Shown piece by piece: positions 27,568-39,201 of a stretch of 64,000 nt of DNA (positions within the stretch are counted from its first letter, which is position 1; each line of letters begins with the position of its first letter). Source of the DNA: Mobula birostris (taxonomy: Eukaryota); contig NC_092370.1 in NCBI RefSeq assembly GCF_030028105.1, forward strand, positions 185,548,005 to 185,612,004. Reading direction: 5' to 3'. The notes below the pieces were generated by a model, which made no database searches, was not told where the DNA came from, and was given only the letters and a program-made list of their open reading frames with translations. Both the position numbers and the translations under genes were made by a program.

Positions 27568-27893
27568 TTAAAATTCAATCAAGTGTGTATATGGGCCATT
27601 GGTGTCCACTTGCAATACTTGTCTGTTTCCATATGTTCCATGCCTGACTACAACTCCAGATTCAGCACATTTACTGTTCGAGGCCAACTCTTTTTCACAG
27701 AGAGCTACAAAGTGTGCATAAAGCTCTTTGCCATCCTCTTTTCTAATATTGTCATGATATTGCATGGCCCGTCCCTTCACTTTACCACCCAAAGTAGCCT
27801 GGGGTATGATAAGAACATTTGCAGGTAGATCCAACACGGACAAATGGTTGCCTTCATTATCCTCACAGAGTTTCACATTCAACAGTGTTTTAA
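27568..27893 (-). CDS. DTD2: DTD2 exon 3 (last coding exon); spliced protein 161 aa
   Basis: gttgcag|TT AAA ACA... phase 1; contains the DTD2/ATD signatures PQATL and TNGPYTH and ends THLIEF*. Total CDS 486 nt. Confidence 0.97.
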
Positions 27894-28073
27894 CTGCAAC
27901 AGGAAAAAAAATTGGATGTCAAATCTAAGAACATTCGGTCATGTTTCATATTCCAAATAAACTGCGTAACAGTAATACAGGTTATGAAAACCACAAGAAC
28001 AAAATCAAAACCTAATTAATGTCTACTGTTTTTAAAAAAAGGATCCAGTGCTTTCCTGGCATACATGGCGAAT

Positions 28074-28226
28074 AACCTCTTATTGGGCTTCCAGGCAGGT
28101 ACAGGTATCAATTATAATTGATGTTTCAATGACAAACTGTCGTCTTCATAAAGATGGCAGAGTTTGTCATCGAAACGTGGGTTATAATTGACACCTGTAC
28201 CTGGCTGGAACCCCCGAGAAGAGCTT
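28074..28226. repeat. About 150-bp imperfect palindrome of two head-to-head Penelope pLTR fragments in DTD2 intron 2
   Basis: Arms 28074-28146 and 28151-28226 are reverse complements at roughly 80% identity; same family as 6310-6410. Confidence 0.8.
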
Positions 28227-29032
28227 AATCCTACTGTTTTTTGTTCCAGTGAAATTGGTTTGGGAAAAAAATGTTTACTTTTTGTCATTGAAGCCCTGTC
28301 CCAACAATAAATAACAACTTATAGAATTTACACCTCCAATCATTTGACTTGAAGTATACTGCATTCATGTTGCATGCAGTGACTTAAATATTTACACTTG
28401 CCTACGGGATGTGGTGGTTAGTTGTTTGGTTACAATGACCTGGTAGATAGCGGGGTACATGGGTTGATGTCACTTCTAATTTAAAAGTAGCTACACTTTT
28501 GAAATTGGTATTTTGAGATTGATATTGATATCACTCAAACTAAATTAATTCCCCTCACCCCCTCCATAATCAGGTATATCGCATCAGAGGAATAATAATA
28601 GATAACACAAAAGTGCTCCAAACTGAAAGATAAAAAAAATTCAAGTCATCCATACATTAAAATGAATTAAGCCACCTGATTCGTATTTAATCACTTTGTA
28701 TTTTTTTTACAATTTAATTTCCTTGCAAGCTAGAGAAATATGGATTAACTTTCACGTTTCCCAAAGACTAGTTATCTCCCATGCCTTGCACCCAACCATA
28801 ACAGTAATGTCTGCAACTACCTATACAAACTATGCAACTTCATTTTGAATCCCGAGACCTTGTTCCCTATTTTCACTTTTGCTTTAGAAATCTCTTCCTT
28901 CCTGACCCTCCCTTTTAACTTAACCTTGGGGTGCTTTCCTACAGATGTTTGAAATTGTGATAAATGGTCGTATTCAAGTTTCTATGACTTCACGAAGTGA
29001 CAATAACTGCAACTATGTAAACGTATACTTAC

Positions 29033-29102
29033 TCATTCTGGGAATCAGCTCTAAGCTAGCACCTTTAAAAAAGCAAATGTAGATCAATGTTCCTCTTTGT
29101 AT
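29033..29102 (-). CDS. DTD2: DTD2 exon 2
   Basis: ttttatag|IQRGTLIYICFFKGASLELIPRM A|gtaagt; 70 nt; matches human [23 protein letters not shown]. Confidence 0.95.
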
Positions 29103-29279
29103 CTATAAAATACAGAAATAACTATAAGAACGTAATAAACATTCTTCTTCGCAAATTATATTCATTGTATGTGACAACATTCGAAATAGAGAGGAGGGAG
29201 ACTAATTTCAAACAGTGCCTCAGTTCCCACCCTTCCCCACTCTATTAGAAACTCTGAACTGCTTGCCGAACGGAAAGGC

Positions 29280-29520
29280 AATCACCAGGACCGCCGCTCA
29301 GGACCTGAACGTATTCGGCGGCTGCATCGTTTGCTGCCGGTTTCACCAGCAGCCGAGCCGAGAGACACTGCTGCAGCACCACACGAGCCGCCATGGCACT
29401 CGAAAGAACCGGATACAACTTCCGCCGGAAGCTAGCGATCAGAAACAAGCTGTGACGAGATGTTGGATTTTTTACAGGGGAAATTAAATTACGTGCCAAG
29501 TACAGCGGGAGGTTTTCTTA
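29280..29520 (-). promoter_or_regulatory. DTD2 CpG-rich promoter/5'UTR with paired ETS-type sites
   Basis: Local CpG enrichment; ACTTCCGCCGGAAG at about 29418-29431 contains two opposed CGGAAG cores. Confidence 0.6.
29305..29394 (-). CDS. DTD2: D-aminoacyl-tRNA deacylase 2 (ATD), exon 1
   Basis: gccATGg Kozak; MAARVVLQQCLSARLLVKPAANDAAAEYVQ resembles human [28 protein letters not shown]; donor CAG|gtcctg, phase 0. Confidence 0.9.
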
Positions 29521-29939
29521 CATCGACATATTTACACAGGAAGCAAAATTAAGCAATCTCCCGGGAAAAATCGGGAATCTAAGAGGTCAGGCTATCCACA
29601 TGGTTGGTGAAAAATGACAGTTACGGGTTTCTTCAAAGATCATTGGTTCATTGTTAGAGTTTTACAAACTCTTTTTGGAAGTTAACGGGCATGTCAATTG
29701 ACCTACGATGGGAAAAATCGGTTAGGATTATTAGGCAAGAACTCACATTTACATATCCACGATAGTTTTTTTTCTGGGTGGAAGCAGTGTCCGGTGACTT
29801 TGTCTTTAATAATGCACTTGCACTTCAACATCAGATATTATATTAAGTCAGTCATTTCTCAGTTTCCCTACTTTGTTGGAAAACAAGTGCGCAATTTTAC
29901 AATCTAGCCTGGAAGTTTAGCATTTAAAGTAACTACATT

Positions 29940-30330
29940 GTTCAGAATTAAAGACTGTTTAATGTAATTAACAGTACACACGTGTAAAACAGAACGAAAT
30001 AATAATTGTTACTCCGGATCAAATGCAGCGCAAAAATAATAAGATAAAGAACACACTAATTGTAAACACAATAAATATAAACATCAAGACAATTTGTAGG
30101 TTGTTTTGTGAACATAAGGTGACTCTTGACAGGAAATGATAAAGTAGAGGTGTTGGGGTTCGGTGGGGTGGGTTAGTGGGTGGAGGTGTTAAATAGCCTT
30201 GGAGAAAGTCTGGTACACTGGTGAATGCTACACACCCTCCTTCCTGATGGGAGTAGGGCAAACGGTCCAAGAAGAGAGTGGGTAGGATCTTTTGTGCTGT
30301 CGCTGGCCTTTTTCCTGCATTATTCTGTAC
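29940..30330 (-). mobile_element. Rex1/Babar LINE 3' end remnant
   Basis: Antisense LPxGR-type C-terminal remnant and tail, interrupted by the Tc1 insertion at 30332. Confidence 0.55.
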
Positions 30331-30331
30331 A

Positions 30332-31000
30332 CAGTGCCTATAACGTGTATTCACTCCACTTGGAAGTTTTCATATTTTGTTTTACAACATTGAACCACAG
30401 TGGATTTAATTAGGCTTTTTTTGACACTGACCTACAGTAAAAAGACTCTTTCATGTCAAAGTGAAAACATATCTGTACAAAGTGATGTAAATTAATTACA
30501 AATATAAAACACAAAATAATTGAATAAGTATTCATCCCTTTCAAGTCAGTATTTAGTAGATGCACCTTTGATGGCAATTACAACCTTCGGTCTGTGTGGA
30601 TAGGTCTCTATCAGTTTTGCACATCTGGACAATGCAATTTTTCCCCATTCTTCCTTATAAAACTGCTCAAGCTCTATCAGATTACATGGGGATTGTGAGT
30701 GAACAGCCTTTTTCAAGTCCAGCCACAAATTCTCAATTGGATTGAGGTCTGGACCCTGACTTGGTCACTCCAGGACATTAACTTTGTTGTTTTAAAACTA
30801 TTCCTGTCTGGCTTTGTCTTTATGCTTGTCATCATTGTCTTGCTGGCAACCAAATCTTCTCCCAAGTCACAGTTTTCTTGCAGACTGCATCAGGTTCTCC
30901 TCCAGGATTTTCCTGTATTCTGCTGCATTCATTTTACCCTCTATCTTCACAAGCCTTCCAGGGCTTGCTGCAGTGAAGCATCCATAGAGCATGATGTACA
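30332..31000 (-). mobile_element. Tc1/mariner transposon, one TIR plus the 3' part of the transposase
   Basis: TIR starts cagtgcctataa; ORF 30546-30728 (WLDLKKAVH..PCNLIELEQFYKEEWGKI..RCAKLIETYP..IAIKGASTKY) is a Tc1 transposase C-terminus. Confidence 0.92.
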
Positions 31001-31004
31001 GTGA

Positions 31005-32110
31005 TTTACTGACTGCAATTTTGCTCATTCATCTGCCTGTCCTTCCTTGGTCTCACTACACACTGCATCTACTTGTCTACCAACTACCCCATCCTCAGCC
31101 CTATCACTCTGTTTGCCACCCCCTGCCAAATTAGTTTAAATCCTCCCCCATAACTGTAGCAAACCTGCCCGCAAGGATAATGGTACCCCTTGGGTTCAGG
31201 TGTAACCCATCCTTTTTGTACGGGTTATAATTTCCTCAGAAGAGATCCCAATGATCCAGAAATTGGAAACCCTACTCCCTGCACCAATTCCTCAGCCATG
31301 CATTCATTTGCCAAATTATCCTATTCTTACCCTCAGAGATTACGACCCTGGAGGTTTTGCTTTTCAGCCTCATTCCCTATGAGGACCTCCATTTTTCACC
31401 CTCTGCCTTTAGAATGCTGTGTATCCGATCCGAGGCAACCCTGACGTGGCACCTGGGAGGCACATACCATCCAGGTGTCTCCTTTATGTCCACAGAATCA
31501 GCTTCCTGCTCCTCTAATTATGCAATCCCCTATCAGTACTGTACTGCACTCCTCTTCTCCCCCAACCCCCGAACCAGAGAAACCTGGTTGCTGTGGCTTC
31601 CCCCTGGTAAGCCCTCCCCACAGTATCCAATGTGGTATACTTAATGAGTGGAACAGCCAAAGGGATACTCTGGACTGACTGCCTATTCACTTCTCCTCTC
31701 TTGTCAGTCACCTTGATATTTGCCCCTGCAGCTCCTATCTATCACCTCCTCATTTTCCTGTATAAGGCAAAGAACATCCATCTGCAGCTCCAGTTCCTTA
31801 ACATGGTCTCTTCAAGAGTTGCAACTCAATGCACTTCATGCAGATATAGTTATCAGGGGGATTGGAGATCTCCCAGAGTTCCCACATCTCACACAAGGAA
31901 CAGTCCACATACTCAGCACACTAGCTAACCAGCAGAGAAAAAATATACTAGAAACTTAGTTATTTAGAACCTCCACTTGTACTTGCCCAAGCTTGTTCTT
32001 GCCTAAGCCTGGACACTCTGACATTGTCCACTCACAGTGGCTACTCCACTTACACCTCCCTTCTTTTTATTGGCCCTGTGCTCATTGCAGCCTGTTGAAA
32101 AGAGCTGAAA
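31005..32110 (-). mobile_element. CR1 LINE 5' part (5'UTR and ORF1), inverted
   Basis: Antisense match to the ORF1 region of 37600-39400 and 9190-10230. Confidence 0.75.
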
Positions 32111-32134
32111 GTATGAGAGCTCTTTTTTAACTTT

Positions 32135-32595
32135 ATATATAATGAACCTGGATGACAGAATTGTTGGCTTTGTGGCCAAGTTTGCAAATGATACAATAAT
32201 AATGGTGGGCAGGCAGTGCTGAGGAAGCAGAAATACTTGGACAGATTAGGAGAATGGGTAAAGAAGTGGCTGATGGAATACAGTATAAGGTAGGGAAATG
32301 TATGGTAATGCACTTTGGTACAAGGAATGAAATTGTAGACTTTTTTCTAAATGGAGAGCAAATTCATCTCTTTAGAACAGAGATAAGGAGGAATTTTTTT
32401 TTCCTGTGGAATTCATTGCTACAGACAATTATAGAGGCCAGGTTATTGAGTATATTTAAAGTGTAGGTTGATACCTTCTTGATTAGTAAGGGTGTCAAAG
32501 GTTATGGGTAGAATGCACGAGAAAGAGGTTGAGTGGGATAATAAATCAGCCATGATCAAACGGCCTAATTCTGCTCCTATGCCTTATGATCTAAA
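32135..32595 (+). mobile_element. CR1 LINE 3' fragment
   Basis: KFANDT, KCMVMHFG, FRTEIRRNFF; tail cttatgatct. Confidence 0.85.
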
Positions 32596-33879
32596 AGGGA
32601 AAGAAATTGGGTGATAATTATACAAAATCCTGGCTATAAAAAGTTATGGCAACTTAGCAAATATACAATATGGAAAAAATCAATGTATATTTAACAGAAC
32701 ATAATTTAAGAGAATAAATTAATCATTAATTTTGTACTTAAGTTTGTGATTGAAGTTGAAGAATCAAGAATTGATCAAGTTAAGGTACAGTATTTCTACT
32801 GTATTGAAGAACTGTGGGAATAATCTTTTTTTAAAATTAAAAGTGGGGCCTTGATGAATTAAAATCAGACTGAAGTATTCCTTCCATTGGAAAATCAGCA
32901 TTATGAAGTTTTTTTTAAAACTTTAAAATAGATACAAATGGTTTGGTGGGATATCACCACCTGCGGAAATTATTTGGCATTAAATTCTACGAAGTCAATT
33001 CATGCAATTACGTTCAAAGGAAAAAAATAAACAAGGTTGTGGGACAATTGAGAGTAGTGCCTTGTGATTAATTACAGCATTCAGATTATGTAGTGTGTAA
33101 AATTTTATGGTTATGGAATACCTTGCCATAATATATGGAAAAAATATGGAAACAGACTGTATATTAGCTTTCAAACAGATAAATACTTGTAAAATAAAGG
33201 AAGATTATGTTAAGTAGTGAGTCAGCACAGTACCAGTAGCTCAAATGATTTTCTGTGAGGTATCACTTAATGTTTCTCTCTTTACCCTCCATCCCATTAT
33301 TTGTTTCAAATATTTATCTGTTTCATGTAACCTTCTCCTAAAATGAAGTTGAACCAGTTTAGAACCTTTTAGTATTAATTTGGGAATGGCTGATGCTCTC
33401 CTCTCAGAAGTGTTGTCATCAGCACTGGTTTGTGCCTGAATAGACTACAGAAGCATTTTACTTCTTGAAGAGACAATTTTCACTCTGAGCAAGAATCACC
33501 TGTAAAGAATGGTCTCAGTAGCCTTCAGACCAATTTTGACCTGAAGAGTATAGCTGTTAGGTTAGATCATTTTAAAAAGTGTTTTTTTTCTTGTTTTCTT
33601 CTTGTTAAATCACTTGGGAGTTAAGATAACATCCTTTTCTCTGGTGTTCTTGGTTCTACAATGATAAATGAGGCCAAAATGGACTTGTTATGGCCAATGG
33701 AGTAGTTTGATAGTAGGCTGGTTATTCCATCATTTACACAGGCAGAGGTTCTGAATACCATCCCAAATGTTCCCTTTTCACTTTGAAGGGCCCTGTGTCA
33801 GAGATTCTGAGTCATTGGGGATGAAGCATGTCTTCATGGAAAGATTAAGTACAGCCCAGTGTCTTTTTCTTCATCTACT

Positions 33880-34250
33880 TCAAGATTCACGTTTATTCAA
33901 GATTGAAGTTTATTTGCATTGAAACGTGTTATTTGCATGAATAACCAACACACTCAAAGGTGTGCTGGGGGCATCCCACAAGTGTTGCCAGCATTCCAGT
34001 GCTAACACAGAATGCCACGATGCTCAGCAGAACAACACAAAGCACAACAAAACAGAACATAACAAGCAGCAAAATAAGCCCCTGTTCCTCCCTCCCATCC
34101 AAGTACATACACAATCATCTAACTCCAAGATAGTCTGTACTCTTCAACCTCCAGTGGTCTTGGATTCCGAAGCGGGCACGCAAATATTTGGACCTTTGAC
34201 TACCCCAGAGCAATTGTAGAGATTGGCAGACCTGGGATTCTGGCTAACTT
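33880..34250 (-). mobile_element. SINE-like non-autonomous element
   Basis: Same family as 12960-13370. Confidence 0.55.
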
Positions 34251-35109
34251 GGTAGTCTCTTCCCACTGACAGAATTAGGAATAGAATATCTGTTCCGGGA
34301 GCCTGCTGCTAAATGTAAGTAAAAAATGTGGTCTGCCCAAAACTACAAACTTTGTGCAACCAGCTCATCGATATTGGGGATGTTGACCTCAGAGACGGCG
34401 GTGATTTTGGTTCATTAACTGGCACTGACAGCATTGGTGGTATTTTTAATTTGGCCCATGATGCTTGCTTAAGAGGCTTCATCAATTAAATTTCATAAAA
34501 GGAAGGATAATCAACAATGCCTTCAGCTACAGAACCAGCAATTTTCAACTTCTTTCATTCCTTCATCAGGTAGAAGTAGACAGTGGAATTCTCTACTGAA
34601 GGGGATGTGAAGGATCAGTTATTTATTTTTTATTTTTTCAGCAATAACAGGGTGGAATGGACTCTTCCAGCCCTTTGAGCCATGCTGCCCCAGTGACCTC
34701 GCTTAACCATCACCTGATCACGGGACAATTTACAATGACCAATTAGCCTATTCAGTCAGTATATTCTAGACAGAAATACTTAGTGAATCAAGGGATATAG
34801 GGAGATTATTGCATTAAGTAGTACTGAAGTAAAAGATTTAAAAAATCTTACTAAATTCACGAGGGACTTACGTTTCTCATGATCTTACATTCTCCAGTCC
34901 AAACAAGAACAGCTAATTGCTTTACCACTTAGTACTTGTGTCACAATGGTAATTAGTTTGCTATTGGCACATGTGCCAATACAGTGAAAAGCTTTAATCT
35001 GCACCCCTTCCAGACATATCATTCCATTCTCATTTGTTGAGATAAGAACTGCTACATTCCTGAATTTGTAAATTTGGATGTATTGGTAAGGTGCCAAATT
35101 TTAAAATGT

Positions 35110-35330
35110 ATTTTGCAAAAAAAAAAGCGAAAGAAATACAGCAGGTCAAGCAGCATGTGTGGAGGCAGAGGGATGGCTGATGTTTCAGTATGAGATCATT
35201 CAAAAGGAGCGTAAGGGGAAATAACCAATATAAAGGGCTGAGAGGGAGGGGTGAAGCAGGGGCCGGTGGGCAATATGTAGAACCAACTAAGGAGGGAGAT
35301 GATGGGCAGATGGAGCACATTTGGAAAGGA
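35110..35330 (-). mobile_element. Old Penelope pLTR remnant
   Basis: cagcaggtcaagcagcat...ggag...gatgtttcag followed by a purine tract, the reverse of the pLTR at 25400-25790. Confidence 0.55.
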
Positions 35331-35469
35331 GGTAATTATGAAGAGAGAAAACTAATGCAGTTGAATGTAAGGATTATTTTTTTTTAAATCATAGAAGCAA
35401 TGCTTTCCATTAAAATACCTGACAAAATAATTTTCACTGTCAGTGCTGCAGTTGAAAGTTCCCACCTGC

Positions 35470-36575
35470 CTCAAAGGGGCAACAATTATAGTCGTGCCCA
35501 AGAAGAGCAGTGTAGTAGTGTGAGCTGCCTTAACAACTATTGTCCAGTAGCACTCACATCAACAGTGATGAAATGCTTTGGGGAGTTGTTCATGGCTAGA
35601 ATCAACTCCTGCCTCAGCATGGACCTGGACCCACTACAATTTGCCTATTGCCACAATACGTCTACGGCAGATGCAACCTCAATGGCTCTTCACGTGGCCT
35701 TAGATCACCAGGACAATACAAACACCCATGTCAGAATGCTGTTCGTTGACTGCTCAGCATTTAACACCATAATTCCTACTGCCCTGATTGAAAAGCTACG
35801 GAACCTGGGCCTCTGTACCTTCCTCTGCAATTGGATCCTTGACTTCCTAATCAGAAGACCACAATCTGTGCAGATTGGTAATAACATCACTCCTGTCAAC
35901 CCTGGGCATATCTCAGAAATGTGTGCCCACTGCTCTACTCTCTCTATACCCATGACTATGTGACCAGGCATAGTTCAAATGCCATCTATAAATTTGATGA
36001 TGGTACAGTCATTGTTGATAGAATCTCAGATGGAAATGAGGTGACAGGAGCAAGATATACCAGTAAGTGGTGCCACAGCAATAACCTTGCTGATTGTGGA
36101 CTTCAGGAAAAGTAAAACGAGGGAACACAAACCAATCCTCAGAGGGATCAGGTGGAGAATGTGAAAAATGTCAAATTCCTGAGTGAATATACCTTGGAGG
36201 ATCTAGCCTGGTTGGGACCGGATTAGAACAGTGGCTGTATTTCATTAGGAACTTGAGATTTGGTTAGTCAAATAAAACACTTGAAAATTTATACAGATGT
36301 TCCATGGAGAGCATTCGGACAGACTTCATCACTGTCTGGTATGGTGTGTGTTTGGGGGGGGGGGCCACCGCACAGGAGTGAAAGCTACAGGAAGTTGTAA
36401 ACTTAATCAGCTCCATCGTGGGTAGAGGCCTCCATCATATCTAAGACGTCTTCAAGGAGCGGTGCCTCAGAAAGAAGCCATCTGTTATTAAGGACCCACA
36501 TTACTCAGGACATGTCCTTTTCTCATTGTTACTGCCAGGAAGGAGGTACTGAAGCTTGAAGGCACACACAATATT
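35470..36575 (+). mobile_element. Rex1/Babar LINE RT fragment
   Basis: [19 protein letters not shown]...LDPLQFAY...STADA...VRMLFVD.SAFNTI...LCNWILDFL. Confidence 0.9.
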
Positions 36576-38411
36576 CTGATTGAATGAACAGGCAATTAAC
36601 AAAGATTTAGAATATTTTTGTAAAATTGTGCACACTCAATTGAGGATACAGAAAATGAAAATCCTCCATAAAATATCCTAACCCAGAGAAAATCCTGTTG
36701 CATGAACTAAGTTTGGTGTTGAAGGCATTGAGTAACACAGAAATGAACTGGTTCTGAGGTAATCTTAGAAATGCAAACATAGGAATTGAATGCTTTAGTA
36801 ATTATGACAAATGTATTAGAGAAAGGTAGCAAAGGGCAAAGCACAATTTATAAAAATCAACTTGAATAGATGAATGTTATTAACCCACACAAGGGGTCAA
36901 TTTTATGAGTAAAATGTTGCATTATATTTAATCTACATTGCATTTCTTGCAGTTGAATTATATTCTCCATTACATTCTAGTCAGCATTATGTTCAACATT
37001 GATCAAAATTTTCCATGAAATTTACAGTGAAAGAGAAACCGATACACATTACATCTCCAACTCAGCATAAATTATTGATCATACTGCCATCTGTGGGCAA
37101 CTTGCTTTTTATTAGGCACACAAGATTTTTTTTTTTTGAAGCTATTGATCAAAAGTATTGATGTCGGATAATTTAAATGAAGCAATTGAACAAAACCAGA
37201 AGAAGAAAAAGTAAAGCAAATATAAATGAAAGATGGAACAAGTGCTGTTTAGTGGAACACTTCAGTTGGACACATTATGTCCTGTGTTTTATAAATGACT
37301 AAGACTAACCCTCCTTGCCAGGTAAATAAGCAGGTTTTGTAAACTTGCGCCAATTTTCTACAAATCTTTCTATCTTGTAAATGTAGGATGTTGGAATCAG
37401 GCCACCTCCCAATTCCAGTACACGGTTTAAAAAGAGTTGGGGCCCTTTCGGAACCTTTTGGTACACTTCATTCATCGTAAGCAATTGTTTGTTGGTGAGG
37501 AAGTGTGAACTTTGAAAAGAGCTCAGGGCCTTTCAGACCTTTTTGGCAGGCTTTGATCATAACAAGCTCTTAAGCACTTCACAGGGGCAATATGAACAAG
37601 TGAGGTGTAAGCACAACAGCCATTGTGTGAGTGAGCCAGTGTCAAGCTACAACTTAAGCCTGAGAAGTTAAAGGTATAACAGCATAGGCAGGATGGTAGT
37701 TAAGGCAGTAGAGTGCTCCTCCTGTGAGATATGGGATTGCAGGGTACCCAATTGTCTGTCTCCCTGCTAACTGCATCTGCAGAATGTGCATTCAACTTCA
37801 GCTCCTGACGGATAAAGTCAAGGAATTGGATCTAGATCTAGATATACTCAGTATCATGCAGGAGGCTGAAAACCTCAGATGAGATTTTACTGAAGTGCTC
37901 ACACAGAGTGCAGCCTTCAGGTAGCAGATGGGTAACCACCACAAGTAATGATAGTATTCAGTCAGTGCAAGGCTCCCTTGTGGCCATTCCCCTCAGCAAC
38001 ATGTAAACCCCTTTGGATACTTTGGGGGGTGGGGGGAGGAGGTGGGATGATCCATCAGGACACAGTAGCAGCAGCCAGGCTAGTGACACTGTGGCCAGCT
38101 CTGAGGCTCAGCAGAAAAGCGATAGTGATAGGAGACTCAATAGTTAGGGGGACGGACAGGAGATTCTGTGGCTGCAAAAGAGACGCCAGGATCATGTGTT
38201 GCCTCTCAGGTGCTAGGGTTCAGGATGTCTCAGAACATGCCTGCAGAAGATTCTCCAGAGGGAGGGTGAGCAATCAGATGTTATGGTGCACATTGGCACT
38301 AATGACATAGGTAGAAATGGGGAAAAGAAGTCCTACACAGTGAGTATAGGGAGTCAGAGAAGAGACGGAGGAGCAGGACCTTCAAGTTAGTCATCTCTGG
38401 ATTATTCCCAG

Positions 38412-39201
38412 TTCCGAAATACAAAAAGCTCCGAAAACCGAAGTTTTCTTTTCACCAACAGCTGACATCACTCAGGTGTGACGTGGCAGCACTAGCAGAG
38501 GCTGCCAGACGTCAGTTGTGGCTCAGTGCTTGTACTGGTTGCACGTGCATTTGCTGTTCGCTGATATTTTGTGTTCACTGTTGACTTTGTGTTTAATTTC
38601 ACTTTGAAAATGTCAAAGAGAGCTGCAGATACCCCTATAGGTAACAATGAGAAAAAGAGAAGGAAGTATCTATCATTACCAATAACACAGAAAGTGGAGT
38701 TATTGCAAAAGCTTGATCGTGGTGTGCCTGTGCGGCATCTCACTGAAGAATGTGGTGTCGGAACTACCACTGTATATGATTTAAAGAAACAGAAAGACAA
38801 GTTACTGAAGTTTTATAGTGACAGTGACGTTCTACATTTATTCCAATAAATCATTTACCATGTGTTTGATTCGGTTCGTTTGAAGCTGTATATTTTTANN
38901 NNNNNNNNNNNNNNNNNNNNNNNNNNNNNNNNNNNNNNNNNNNNNNNNNNNNNNNNNNNNNNNNNNNNNNNNNNNNNNNNNNNNNNNNNNNNNNNNNNNN
39001 NNNNNNNNNNNNNNNNNNNNNNNNNNNNNNNNNNNNNNNNNNNNNTCCGCTGGGTCCTAAAGTCCACCGCACTGATACAGGTGCATGCGTGTTTTTTGTT
39101 TTTTTTTTGGAACCAATAGGGAGAGATTCAGAAATTCGAAAGATTCTGAATTCCAAAATGCAACTGGCCCCAAGGATTGTGGACAAGGGATTGTGGACCT
39201 G
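38412..39201 (+). mobile_element. pogo/Tigger DNA transposon (CENP-B-like HTH N-terminus), internally deleted, spanning the gap
   Basis: MSKRAADTPIGNNEKKRRKYLSLPITQKVELLQKLDRGVPVRHLTEECGVGTTTVYDLKKQKDKLLKF; right TIR ...gggattgtggacctg followed by TA; inserted in CR1 ORF1. Confidence 0.88.
38899..39045. other. Assembly gap (147 N)
   Basis: Run of n characters. Confidence 1.

Noticed and set aside
38571-38849. JRK/TIGD-like host gene
   Set aside because: Stops after the first HTH, has a TIR plus TA and interrupts a CR1: a transposon copy.
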